This document shows, piece after piece, positions 49,157 to 59,011 of a stretch of 64,000 nucleotides of DNA. The translations under genes were made by a program, and so were the position numbers. Positions within the stretch are counted from its first letter, which is position 1; each line of letters starts with the position of its first letter. Source of the stretch: Pelagibacteraceae bacterium (GTDB lineage: Bacteria; Pseudomonadota; Alphaproteobacteria; Methylaequorales; Methylaequoraceae); NCBI GenBank assembly GCA_042090305.1, contig JBELJQ010000001.1, forward strand, positions 107,967 through 171,966. Reading direction: 5' to 3'. The notes beneath the pieces are model-generated. The model searched no databases. It worked only from the letters and a program-made list of their open reading frames with translations, and was not told the origin of the DNA.

Positions 49157-49368
49157 CTCGTTCTTTTTATTTCAACTTAATTTTTTTAAAAAAAAAATTA
49201 AACCACTTGTTCATAATCAGTAAAAAAGTGTTTAGGCTTTCGTTCTTATCTTAATACATAATTCAGACCTGTAATTCAGCTAAAATATTTATTATAATAT
49301 TTGAGAACATTTAGATTTAGAATTATATATTTAAAAATTTGTGTTATAAATAAAAAAAATTAAATGAC

Positions 49369-51105
49369 ATGTATATATTAGGAATCAATACAGGGTTAGG
49401 AGCATCAATTTGTCTTTTTAAAGATGGTAAGATTGAGTTTGCGATTGAGGATGAAAGAATCACAAAAAAAAAGAACTTTGGTGGCTTTCCAAGTGCTAGT
49501 CTTAAATATTTAAAAAAAAATTATTCAGCTCAGCTTAAGCATTTAGATTATTTATGTATTTGTGATAATCAAGATGTAACAGTAACCCTAGAACAAATGA
49601 TATCCAGATTTGAGTTTAGGTTCACTGAAAAAAAAAATTCCTTTTTCGATGATATTAAAAATATAGTAAAGATTTTTATACCCAATAATACTCTAGCTTG
49701 GATCTCTAAACCTCAAATAAAGAAACCCTTATTAGATAGAATAAAAAAAGAACTATCAGGATTAGATTTTAATAAAATTAAAGTAATGAGATTACAGCAT
49801 CACCTTTGTCATGCATCAGCTGCATATTTTGGCTTAGCAAAAAATATGAATAAAAAGTATTTAGTTTTTACCTTAGATGGCGGTGGTGATGGTGAGTGTG
49901 GTTCTATCAATATTGGATATAATGGAGATATAAAGAAAGTTTATAGTATTAGTAGTAAAAATAGTCTAGCTGCACTTTACTCATCTGTAACTTATCTGAT
50001 GGGATTTAAGCCACATGAACATGAATATAAAATCATGGGACTCGCCCCTTACACCTCAAAACTTTATACAAATGATATAAAAAAAATACTATACTCATTC
50101 CTTGATTTAGAAAAGGATGATGGTTTAGATTTTATTAATAAAGGTTCGGAAAAAAAACATCCTGGATTCGAACTAGGAAAAAAATTAAGACAAAAAAGAT
50201 TTGATAATATTGCCTTTGCTATTCAAGATTTCTCTGAGGAATTGACAATAAAGTGGATAAAAAGAGCCGTAAAAAAGTATAAGATTAATGATATTCTTCT
50301 TTCCGGTGGATTATTTATGAATATAAAAATAAATAAAATAATATCAGAATTACCTGAAATAAACTCCGTTGATGTTTTTCCTTCTTGCGGAGATGAAACA
50401 AACTCTTTAGGTATATCATTTTTTTGTCATTCAAAAATTAATAAACCAGAAGTATCATTACTAAAGAACTTCAACTTAGGGCCGGAACTAAATTTTAACG
50501 GGAAAAAAATACCTAATAAACTAAAGAAAAAATTTAAATTTGAAACTATTAAAACCAATAAGTATAAGAAAATAGCTGAACTTTTGGCAAAAGGTGAAGT
50601 TATCGGTAATTTAGAGGGTAGAATGGAATTTGGTGCTAGAGCACTCGGTAATAGGTCCCTTATAGCAGATCCAATAAATTCAGATGTAGTTGAAAAAATT
50701 AACTACCTCATAAAAAAGCGCGACTTTTGGATGCCATTTGCTCCTGCTATTTTGAGTGAAGATGCTTCAAAGTATATTTCAATACCATCAACGATTAAGA
50801 ACGGATCGCCATACATGATGTTTGGATTTGATTCAAAAATTAATCAACAGAAAAAAATGATTGCTGGTCTTCATAGAGTTGACAAAACAGCAAGGGCACA
50901 AATAGTGGATAAAAAAATATATCCAAATTTTCACAAATTATTATGTGAATTCAAAAAGCTGACAGGAAGATCCGTTTTGTTGAACACATCATTTAATCTG
51001 CATGGTGACCCTCTTGCACTAAACGAAAAGGATGCCTTTAAAGTATTAGAAAATTCTGAGCTAAAATATGTCTTCTTGGATGATGTATTAGTCTCAAGAA
51101 GATAG
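49369..51105 (+). CDS. carbamoyltransferase (NodU/CmcH/TobZ family)
   Basis: 578 aa with YILGINTG...DGKIEFAIEDERITKKKNFGGFP, LQHHLCHASAAYF, RMEFGARALGNRS and LLNTSFNLHGDP. Confidence 0.88.
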   Translation: MYILGINTGLGASICLFKDGKIEFAIEDERITKKKNFGGFPSASLKYLKKNYSAQLKHLDYLCICDNQDVTVTLEQMISRFEFRFTEKKNSFFDDIKNIVKIFIPNNTLAWISKPQIKKPLLDRIKKELSGLDFNKIKVMRLQHHLCHASAAYFGLAKNMNKKYLVFTLDGGGDGECGSINIGYNGDIKKVYSISSKNSLAALYSSVTYLMGFKPHEHEYKIMGLAPYTSKLYTNDIKKILYSFLDLEKDDGLDFINKGSEKKHPGFELGKKLRQKRFDNIAFAIQDFSEELTIKWIKRAVKKYKINDILLSGGLFMNIKINKIISELPEINSVDVFPSCGDETNSLGISFFCHSKINKPEVSLLKNFNLGPELNFNGKKIPNKLKKKFKFETIKTNKYKKIAELLAKGEVIGNLEGRMEFGARALGNRSLIADPINSDVVEKINYLIKKRDFWMPFAPAILSEDASKYISIPSTIKNGSPYMMFGFDSKINQQKKMIAGLHRVDKTARAQIVDKKIYPNFHKLLCEFKKLTGRSVLLNTSFNLHGDPLALNEKDAFKVLENSELKYVFLDDVLVSRR

Positions 51106-51113
51106 CTTTTATC

Positions 51114-52649
51114 TTAATTTATTTCATAAAGTACTAAAGAACCACTGCCTTCATAGCTGACCAGAAAAAAATATTTATCTAAAAACTTATCCTTCAAAAA
51201 AAACTGTCCCTCAGGACTATAATGTGGCAATTTTGTAGGAAGAAATTTTACATACTTTATTTCTTTTAAATCTGTTACATCATAAATAAAAAAACCATTT
51301 GATCTTTCTAGACCAATAATAGCATAGATCTTTTCTTTAAATTTTATTAAGTTTATAGTTTCTGGTTCTGGTCCCTTGTCATCACTTCTAGCATCAAAAA
51401 TCAGTTCATTCTTTTTTTTATCAAAAGATGTATTAAAATTTTCAGGAAATTTATCAGATAATATTTTCTCAAATTCATCCCCACTATCATAAAATAATTC
51501 TAATTTTGGTTTAATAAAAGATATTCCAAAGAACTTTAATCCACTGGTAAACTTCCATACAGAAAAGCTTCTAGCACCATATGAAAAAATATTATCAACT
51601 AAATCATCATTATTGACATCTGCATTGATTATAGAAACTTTTAAACGATTAACATCATCATCAATATTAGGAAATTTTTTATAAAATTCTTCATCAAGTT
51701 TAAGTTGAGAAATTCTTTTTTCTTCTGAAAAAAAACTATAATCTTTTGAATCACCCTCATTTGCAGTTGCTAGATAATATATTCCCCTGAACTTCTCATA
51801 GATCGTTCTTTTATTTGGTAGTGTTTGAATACCATCTGGTTGATATAACCCTTTGATTGGAAGTTTTTTTAGATTAGCGACTTTATCCTTATCGTTGGAA
51901 TCAATACCATATTTTAAATCTTCGAAAAGTTTTAAGCCTAGTGAATGTATCGAGTAAAAAGAATAATTAACATAATCAAAAACTGAGATAGCATTATTTT
52001 CTTGATTTACAACAAATATAAACTTTTCATCATGAGTTATTGATAAATATTCTGGCTCTAGGTCTTCGGCCAGGGGACCATTTTGAATTTTTCTAATTTC
52101 TTTATTATTATTAAAAAGTTTCATATCATATGTTTTTGATACTCTTTTACCCAAGTCAACGATAGATAACGAGCCCACTGGATTGTACTCTGACATACTA
52201 TTTGGTTCACCTTCATTTGCTGAGATTAGTTGATTTCCCAACTTATTAAAAGTAATCATATCTGGCATTACACCAACTTCAGACTTAAAAATAAAATCGT
52301 AATCTTTGTCAAAAAAAACTACATTTCCATTTTTAATTGGATTAAAGTTTTCCATAGCAACTGCTAAAACTTTCTCGCTATTTAAGTCAATACTATTTGG
52401 ACGCGATCCAAACTTTGAAAGATTGATTTGTTCAATTTTTTTCATATTTTGGTCAAAAACTTTAAATATATCAATACGGTTATATTTAGGGTTAGAAGAA
52501 AATATTAACTTCCTTTCATTATCATAAACTGCAATTTCGGTTGTTAGATTTTCATTCCAGTTAAATTCAGAAACAATCTTCATTTCAAATGCTAATGCTG
52601 AATTAAAATTAAATGTTAGTAATAAAAAAATTATGATTAAATGATTCAT
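51114..52649 (-). CDS. secreted choice-of-anchor-I / phytase-like beta-propeller protein
   Basis: 511 aa with a signal peptide and the blocks MPDMITF...ISANEGEP, LEPEYLSI, VVNQENNAISVFD, YQPDGIQ, LATANEGDSKDY, GARSFSVW and ARSDDKGPEPETI...IGLERSNGFFIYDVTD. Confidence 0.65.
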   Translation of the reverse strand: MNHLIIIFLLLTFNFNSALAFEMKIVSEFNWNENLTTEIAVYDNERKLIFSSNPKYNRIDIFKVFDQNMKKIEQINLSKFGSRPNSIDLNSEKVLAVAMENFNPIKNGNVVFFDKDYDFIFKSEVGVMPDMITFNKLGNQLISANEGEPNSMSEYNPVGSLSIVDLGKRVSKTYDMKLFNNNKEIRKIQNGPLAEDLEPEYLSITHDEKFIFVVNQENNAISVFDYVNYSFYSIHSLGLKLFEDLKYGIDSNDKDKVANLKKLPIKGLYQPDGIQTLPNKRTIYEKFRGIYYLATANEGDSKDYSFFSEEKRISQLKLDEEFYKKFPNIDDDVNRLKVSIINADVNNDDLVDNIFSYGARSFSVWKFTSGLKFFGISFIKPKLELFYDSGDEFEKILSDKFPENFNTSFDKKKNELIFDARSDDKGPEPETINLIKFKEKIYAIIGLERSNGFFIYDVTDLKEIKYVKFLPTKLPHYSPEGQFFLKDKFLDKYFFLVSYEGSGSLVLYEIN

Positions 52650-52706
52650 TATTTTATATTCTTAAAAATATGTTATTTTTTATGATATAATATACACCAA
52701 AATAAC

Positions 52707-53723
52707 ATGAAAAAAATTTTTTTTGGAATTATATTTTGCCTTTTCTTTCAGTTTTTTTTAGTAATAGCGATACTATTTTATAAGGGAGAAAAATCTTATG
52801 CTACTTATTATTACATAATTAGTTCATATCCAAACGTTATTACTCAAGGTTATTTAAAGAATGCAATTTATAATAAGTCAGTTGATGATTCTTTAGAACT
52901 TGTGAGAAGGCAATCTCGATTAATTTATTCAAATACTAATGAACAGATGGTTAAAGACCTTCTTATGAATACCTACAAGATATTTTATATACTTGATAGT
53001 AATGATGACTATAAAAAATTTAGTTTATGGTTAAAAGATCTTAGAAAATTCCTAGATAACGGTTATGGAGACTATCTTTTAAATTTTATAGAGTTTAAGA
53101 CAAATTATAAAGTAAATCAGGATAGAAAAATAAAAGATGAACTATTTAAGGAGATTAAAAGAGCTCATCCTGCGAACCCAAACATTTATAGAGACCATTT
53201 AATTGAAAGTTTTTTAAGTAAAGATATAAATAGGTCTATGGCACTTTGCAAAAATTATTATAATTCTTACCAGTTAACTCTTCCAATTGATTCTAAATAT
53301 AAAGTAAATGATCCAGATAACTTTAAAAATAAATTTTATTTAAAGACAGAAGATAATAAAAAAAATTTTTCTGATGAAATTAAGATAAATAAAATTTCAA
53401 ACTACATTTTTGAGGATAATTTTATTAAGAAAACTAGTTTAAAAGTTCATTTGAGATTAATGGAAGGTACAACTCTGATGCCATTCGAAATTACTTTTAT
53501 AAAAAATAATAATGTTAAAAAGAAATTCAATGTAGATGATTTAAATTTTTTTTCAAAGTATGGATACTTTCTTCAGGATAAATCATTTGTCTCTACAGGA
53601 AATCACTTAACAGATGAACTTTTAATTTTTCCAAATGAAAAATATTTTCCTGAAGCAGACAAAATAATTCTTAAATTAAAATTTTCTAAATTAAATATAT
53701 CGACAATAAATTGTAATGATTAA
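52707..53723 (+). CDS. N-terminally anchored hypothetical protein, first gene of the CotH/VTC operon
   Basis: 338 aa with one N-terminal TM segment and no recognisable domain. Its stop overlaps the CotH gene start (ATGATTAA). Confidence 0.5.
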   Translation: MKKIFFGIIFCLFFQFFLVIAILFYKGEKSYATYYYIISSYPNVITQGYLKNAIYNKSVDDSLELVRRQSRLIYSNTNEQMVKDLLMNTYKIFYILDSNDDYKKFSLWLKDLRKFLDNGYGDYLLNFIEFKTNYKVNQDRKIKDELFKEIKRAHPANPNIYRDHLIESFLSKDINRSMALCKNYYNSYQLTLPIDSKYKVNDPDNFKNKFYLKTEDNKKNFSDEIKINKISNYIFEDNFIKKTSLKVHLRLMEGTTLMPFEITFIKNNNVKKKFNVDDLNFFSKYGYFLQDKSFVSTGNHLTDELLIFPNEKYFPEADKIILKLKFSKLNISTINCND

Positions 53724-56346
53724 AATTTGGTTCAGCAAAATAAAATATTTTTTAGTATTATTTTTTCTACTTCTGCTCATTGAGCCGTTAGTATCTTTGT
53801 TATCCCAAACATTTTCTAATATAATCTCTGGGCAAGTAATTTACTACCGAGAGGGTAGATTAGATCCCTCCAGATGGTTAATAGGAGATTTTGTTCAAAA
53901 ATATTTCTCTGTTATAGATGAATTTAAGTTTATAGATAAAAATAAAAGGCTTGAAAAAGTAGATATATATGTAGATGAAGCAAAAATTAAATTACTTCAA
54001 TCAAAAGCACCGGTAGGTCATAGAAATTGGCAAAAAGCATTTTTAAAATATGAAAATAATGAAATTAATAGAATAAAAATAAGATTGCGTGGTGATAATG
54101 CAAGAAATTGGGATTTTAAGAAAAAATCAATTAAAATTAAAACAAGAAAAAAGAAACTCTTTAACGGCTACAGAGAATTATATTATTTGAATGCCCAAGA
54201 TAAAAATCAAATCAGAAATTTAATACCCAATATGATTGCAAAAAACATGGGGATTATTACACCGTTTTCAAGATTAGTTGAACTTCATCTTAATGGCGAA
54301 TATCTTGGCGTATATTTGGAAGTTTACAATACAGATGAACTATTTCTCAGAAAAAATAAGTCTATGCCAGTATCATCATACAAATTTAGTGTTGATTTAG
54401 ATTGGCTTTTTTATAGTTTTGAGCATGGTTTACTAAACCCATATTTATGGAGTAGACAGTCTAAAAATAATATGGATGAGGGTGACGATAGACCTTTATT
54501 AATAAATTTTCTAAACAAGTTTAATCAAAATAATGTCCTTTTTAAAGAATTTATTGATTTTGATGAATGGTCTAAATATGAAGCTTACAGATTAATTAGT
54601 GGTGATGACCATTCAAATGCTTTGAATAATTTAAAACTATTTGAAGATAATCATAAAGGTAAAATTTCAAATATCTTATGGGATCCAATCATAGATTATG
54701 AAAAATATGATGAGAGTTATCTAACTAGATGTAACTACTCCATTCCATGCAAACTTTTAGAAGATCCATTATTCAGATATAAAAGAATGAAATTTGTTTA
54801 TCAATTTATATTCGAAGAACGTGTTTACGAAAAAACTATTAATCAATTTAAGAACCAAGAGGAAAAAATTAGTAATTCATTATCTCTTGATAGGAATAGA
54901 CTTCAGTTTGTTGAAAATTCTAGAGATTTTCTTAAAGATTTCTTCTTACCTAAAGATTCAATAAAAAAAGAAATCTCAAAAGTTTATAGCTATCTAAATT
55001 ATAATTTGGAATTCTTTAAAGGTATATTCAATAAACCATTACAAGCAAAGTGGTTCCAAGATAAAAATATTATTAGAATAAATTTAGATGGTTTTAAACC
55101 CATTACAAATCTTATAATTAAATCAAAAAAAAAAATAGATAATGCTTACTACGATGTAAATAGTAATGGAATAATCGATGACGATGATTATAAGTTAAAT
55201 TTAAGTTATAAAAACAACAAAACCAATATTAATATCGTTCTTTTTTCTAAAAAAATTAATAGTACAATTAAGCATAAATTTCCTAATGGAACTAATTTTA
55301 TTCCAACTACTCATAATATAATACTTGATACAGAAAATGATATTAGCTCAATTTATTCTTATGATGAATTTAGAAAATTCAACCAAAAAATTAATAATTC
55401 AAGGATCAATTCTGATTACTTTCATGAAAATCAATTCTGGATATATAAAAAGATTAAACCGTTTATTATCTCTGAGGATATAAAGGTCTCGAAAAATTTG
55501 GTATTTGATAAACCTGTACAAATCAACGCAGGAGTAACCATATTTTTGGAAAATAACGCCAGTATCATATTTAAAAATAACCTACAAATTCTTGGAAATA
55601 AAAATAATCCTGTGAAATTCATAGCTGATTCTGATAATAATTTTGGAACAATCGCTATAGTTGGAAATAAATCAGCTAATTCTATAATCAATCATACTAT
55701 CTTTAAAAATGGTAGTGGCGCCATGAATATTGAAAATATTGATTTCATTTCTATGTTTTCATTAAATGACACTAATAATGTAAAAATCTCAAATGTAAGT
55801 TTTGAAAATAATAAAAAGTTTGATGATTTAATTCACATAATATATTCGAATAATATAAAACTTCAAAATGTAACAATTAAAAATGCTAATCTTGATGCAA
55901 TAGATATTGATTTATCAGAAGTTGAAATTAAAAACTTAAATATTAGGAATGCAGGGAATGATTGTCTAGATTTGATGACTTCAAAAGTTAAAGTGGTTAA
56001 CTCCAAACTCAAGAATTGCGGTGATAAAGGGGTTTCTGTCGGTGAGGATTCTAAATTAGAACTTAAAGGAACAGAAATAGAATACTCCAAGATTGGAATT
56101 GAAGTTAAAGATAATTCAGAAGCTACAATCGCCGAAACAATCTTCAATAATAATGACAAACAAATCAATTCGTACACCAAAAATTGGATGTATGGAATGG
56201 ATGGAGCAAATATTTATATCAATGATTGTGAATTTATTTCAAGTTCTATTAATAAATTTAAAACTGTTGATGAAACAAAAATTCAAATTGTAGATAGTAC
56301 CTTTGAAGGAGGTATTGAAAAATCAGAAAATGTTAATATAAAGTAA
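53716..56346 (+). CDS. CotH-kinase-like protein with N-terminal TM anchor and C-terminal parallel beta-helix
   Basis: 876 aa with CotH-type blocks (DFKKKSIKIKTRKKKLFNGYRELYYLNAQDKNQIRN, VELHLNGEYLGVYLEVYNTDE, GDDHSNALNNLKLFEDNHKGKISNILWDP). Residues from about 600 to 876 form repetitive beta-helix turns (NVTIKNANLDAIDI, NLNIRNAGNDCLDL, LKNCGDKGVSV). Confidence 0.75.
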   Translation: MIKIWFSKIKYFLVLFFLLLLIEPLVSLLSQTFSNIISGQVIYYREGRLDPSRWLIGDFVQKYFSVIDEFKFIDKNKRLEKVDIYVDEAKIKLLQSKAPVGHRNWQKAFLKYENNEINRIKIRLRGDNARNWDFKKKSIKIKTRKKKLFNGYRELYYLNAQDKNQIRNLIPNMIAKNMGIITPFSRLVELHLNGEYLGVYLEVYNTDELFLRKNKSMPVSSYKFSVDLDWLFYSFEHGLLNPYLWSRQSKNNMDEGDDRPLLINFLNKFNQNNVLFKEFIDFDEWSKYEAYRLISGDDHSNALNNLKLFEDNHKGKISNILWDPIIDYEKYDESYLTRCNYSIPCKLLEDPLFRYKRMKFVYQFIFEERVYEKTINQFKNQEEKISNSLSLDRNRLQFVENSRDFLKDFFLPKDSIKKEISKVYSYLNYNLEFFKGIFNKPLQAKWFQDKNIIRINLDGFKPITNLIIKSKKKIDNAYYDVNSNGIIDDDDYKLNLSYKNNKTNINIVLFSKKINSTIKHKFPNGTNFIPTTHNIILDTENDISSIYSYDEFRKFNQKINNSRINSDYFHENQFWIYKKIKPFIISEDIKVSKNLVFDKPVQINAGVTIFLENNASIIFKNNLQILGNKNNPVKFIADSDNNFGTIAIVGNKSANSIINHTIFKNGSGAMNIENIDFISMFSLNDTNNVKISNVSFENNKKFDDLIHIIYSNNIKLQNVTIKNANLDAIDIDLSEVEIKNLNIRNAGNDCLDLMTSKVKVVNSKLKNCGDKGVSVGEDSKLELKGTEIEYSKIGIEVKDNSEATIAETIFNNNDKQINSYTKNWMYGMDGANIYINDCEFISSSINKFKTVDETKIQIVDSTFEGGIEKSENVNIK

Positions 56347-56352
56347 TTAATA

Positions 56353-57054
56353 ATGCAAAAGTTTGAGAGATATGAGTTTAAGTATGTCATTCCAGATGAA
56401 CTCTGTTTCAGGATTGAAGAACATCTATCAAATTTCATGAAATTTGACTATTTCTCAAAAAAAAATAAATCTAACAGCTACTTTGTAAGATCTCTTTATT
56501 ATGAAAATGAGCAAAATAATAATTTTTATGATAAAATTGACGGAATTAAGTATAGAGAAAAATATAGATTTAGGACATATGAGAAGAAATTTAATAAAAA
56601 TATCTACCTTGAAAAAAAAATTAAAAATAATGAAAGAGTTTTTAAAAACAGAATTAGTATAACATCACAACAATTTAAAAAGATAATAAACGAAAATTTT
56701 TACTCATTGGTAAATAAAATGGAAGAAAAACAATTTCTAAAAGAATTTATATTTAAAGTGTTAAAGAATAGAGAATCACCTAAAATAGTAATTGATTATG
56801 TTAGAAAACCGTATATAAATGAAGATGATCAACATTTCAGAATAAGTATAGATTCGGAACTTACTGCAAGAGATATTGATTTAAATTTTGCTAAAAAATG
56901 TTTGCCAGGATATAGAATTATTGAAGTAAAATTTTACAGAAGAATACCACTATGGTTTCATAGAATTGTCCAATCCTATAATCTACGAAGAGTCAGTATC
57001 TCGAAATTTGTGGTAGGTATGAAATGTATGAATTACGCAACTGATTTGTCATAA
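56353..57054 (+). CDS. VTC-domain (polyphosphate-polymerase-type triphosphate tunnel) protein
   Basis: 233 aa with the N-terminal R-x-E-x-K-Y motif (RYEFKY) and the blocks FVRSLYYEN, YREKYRFRTY, IYLEKKIK, FRISIDSEL, IIEVKF and SISKF. It starts 6 nt after the CotH gene. Confidence 0.75.
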   Translation: MQKFERYEFKYVIPDELCFRIEEHLSNFMKFDYFSKKNKSNSYFVRSLYYENEQNNNFYDKIDGIKYREKYRFRTYEKKFNKNIYLEKKIKNNERVFKNRISITSQQFKKIINENFYSLVNKMEEKQFLKEFIFKVLKNRESPKIVIDYVRKPYINEDDQHFRISIDSELTARDIDLNFAKKCLPGYRIIEVKFYRRIPLWFHRIVQSYNLRRVSISKFVVGMKCMNYATDLS

Positions 57055-57059
57055 ACATT

Positions 57060-57746
57060 ATGAATGAAATTATACAGCAAGCTCAAGAATTCAATTACTC
57101 GTCAATAGAGATTATAAATAATCTACTTCTAAGTTGTGTATTTGGAGTTATCATTAGTACACTTTATAAATCTACTCATAAAGGCCTAAGTTACTCTCAA
57201 TCCTTTATGTTAACCATTGTATTTGTAACTGTTATTGTATGTATGACAATGATGGTTATTGGAAATAGTCTGGCAAGAGCATTTGCTTTGGTTGGAGCTC
57301 TATCAATAATAAGGTTTAGAACTGTAGTAAAAGATACTAAAGATACATCTTATGTTTTTTTTGGTCTAGCAGCTGGTATGGCTGCAGGGACCTCTAACTA
57401 CTTTCTTGGTTGTTTTGGTGTTTTAATAATTAGTATTTTAGCGATTATTCTTCATAATATAAATTATGGTAGTATTTATAAAAGTGAAATTATTCTTCGA
57501 TTTAGAGCTGATTTTGGGGTAAATAATGGAACCTACGGGAAGGTTTTGGATAAGTATACACTCCAGTCAAATATTTTACATATTGAACCCACTCACCCCA
57601 AATCAAAAACTAAGTCAAATTTAATCAACTTTGATCTTGTAATGAAAAAGGATGCAAATCTGGAATTGTTATCAAAGGATATTTCTGAAATAAAAGGTAT
57701 AAGTGAAATTAAATTAATTGCATCAAAATCTGACGTCGAGTATTAA
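57060..57746 (+). CDS. DUF4956-family membrane protein
   Basis: 228 aa with about four TM segments, the hallmark motif LARAFALVGALSIIRFRTVVKDTKD and a soluble C-terminal domain. It starts 5 nt after the VTC gene. Confidence 0.7.
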   Translation: MNEIIQQAQEFNYSSIEIINNLLLSCVFGVIISTLYKSTHKGLSYSQSFMLTIVFVTVIVCMTMMVIGNSLARAFALVGALSIIRFRTVVKDTKDTSYVFFGLAAGMAAGTSNYFLGCFGVLIISILAIILHNINYGSIYKSEIILRFRADFGVNNGTYGKVLDKYTLQSNILHIEPTHPKSKTKSNLINFDLVMKKDANLELLSKDISEIKGISEIKLIASKSDVEY

Positions 57747-57753
57747 ATAATTT

Positions 57754-58470
57754 TCACTTTTTTTTTATTATAAACAAATTATTATCTTTCTGTTCAAAAT
57801 CATTCGATAAATCAAAAAAGTAATATCTATAACTAAGTTGGCTAAAGTATTCTAAAAATTTTTTTTTATCTTTATCATAAACATCCTCAATTATAAATAA
57901 CCCATCATTACTTAAAAAATTTATTGAATTTAAAAAAAATATTATTGTTCCCTCAAATTGATGACATCCATCATCAATAATAAGATCAAAATTTTTTATT
58001 TTTATTTGATTCCACATCCTTTTAATAGAGACCGCTGAAAACTGATCTACTTTTAGGGTTTTAATCCTTTTTTCAATAAACATAGTTTTAGGATCTATGT
58101 CACCACCATAAATTCTTGCGTTGGGAAAATAGTCACGCCAGACTCGAAGAGATGCTCCTGGTTTTGAAACTCTTTTAAGTCCATCCTTAAAGACTTTATT
58201 TGTTCCTATGCCCAATTCAAAGACATTCTTTATTTTCGATTTTTGATTAGAAAAAAGAAAGTTATAAATATCTGTGTAATTATGTGGCTTCCATGTTATG
58301 AAATCTTTATAGTCTTTAAAATATCCTTTATCACATCCATATTTTCTGCATAGATCGTTTAGTTCGTTGGGTATGTCATTATAATCTACCTTGATTGAAC
58401 CTAGATTATTATTTGTTTTCAAAAATAGTCTAGCAAAAAGTGATTTGATATTTTCAATATTTAGTTTCAT
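57754..58470 (-). CDS. class I SAM-dependent methyltransferase
   Basis: Contains VFELGIGTN, GGDIDP, DLIIDDGCH and LFIIEDV. The ATG at 58470 is preferred. Confidence 0.65.
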   Translation of the reverse strand: MKLNIENIKSLFARLFLKTNNNLGSIKVDYNDIPNELNDLCRKYGCDKGYFKDYKDFITWKPHNYTDIYNFLFSNQKSKIKNVFELGIGTNKVFKDGLKRVSKPGASLRVWRDYFPNARIYGGDIDPKTMFIEKRIKTLKVDQFSAVSIKRMWNQIKIKNFDLIIDDGCHQFEGTIIFFLNSINFLSNDGLFIIEDVYDKDKKKFLEYFSQLSYRYYFFDLSNDFEQKDNNLFIIKKK

Positions 58471-58611
58471 TTTCAACAAATTTAAAATATATCTGCATTA
58501 TTCTTACATATATTTGAAAATTTAGTCTAACTATCATTTTTATTATTAGATTTTAATTGAAGAATTTTATCTACTAACAGTTTTTATACTAAAGTAGATC
58601 TTGTAAATATA

Positions 58612-58926
58612 TTAGTGATAGACTTTTGGACGTTCATCATCTTCATTACTAATCTCGATTGGCTTATCTTTACACGAACATAAGTTACTCGCTTTGATTT
58701 GTGCTTTCACAAAGGCTCTGTCAGATTCTCTTAAAATTCTATGCATTATATATTTTGATACCGATAGCTTCTTGTTTATCGGTCTGTCTGACTTTGATAG
58801 GGTTCTAATCAAAGATTCATATTTTGCGTGAATTAGTTTTCTTTTAATAATAACACCTTCAATAAGCTCAATGATTTGATTTGGTAAACCTTTATCAGAT
58901 TCTTTTCTAAAAAGTTTTCTAAACAT
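58612..58926 (-). CDS. hypothetical protein downstream of the TonB-dependent receptor
   Basis: 104 aa, basic, with no recognisable motif. Confidence 0.4.
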   Translation of the reverse strand: MFRKLFRKESDKGLPNQIIELIEGVIIKRKLIHAKYESLIRTLSKSDRPINKKLSVSKYIMHRILRESDRAFVKAQIKASNLCSCKDKPIEISNEDDERPKVYH

Positions 58927-58946
58927 TCTCTCAATAAATTGTATTC

Positions 58947-59005
58947 CCGGGTAATAACACTTAGATAATATGTGGAAGGAATATGTCTTTTATCTTATTA
59001 CCCGG
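58947..59005 (-). terminator. long intergenic hairpin after the receptor gene
   Basis: CCGGGTAATAA (58947-58957) pairs with TTATTACCCGG (58995-59005), with an inner AGATAA/TTATCT extension. No clear U-tract follows, so its role as a terminator or processing site is uncertain. Confidence 0.35.
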
Positions 59006-59011
59006 AAAACT

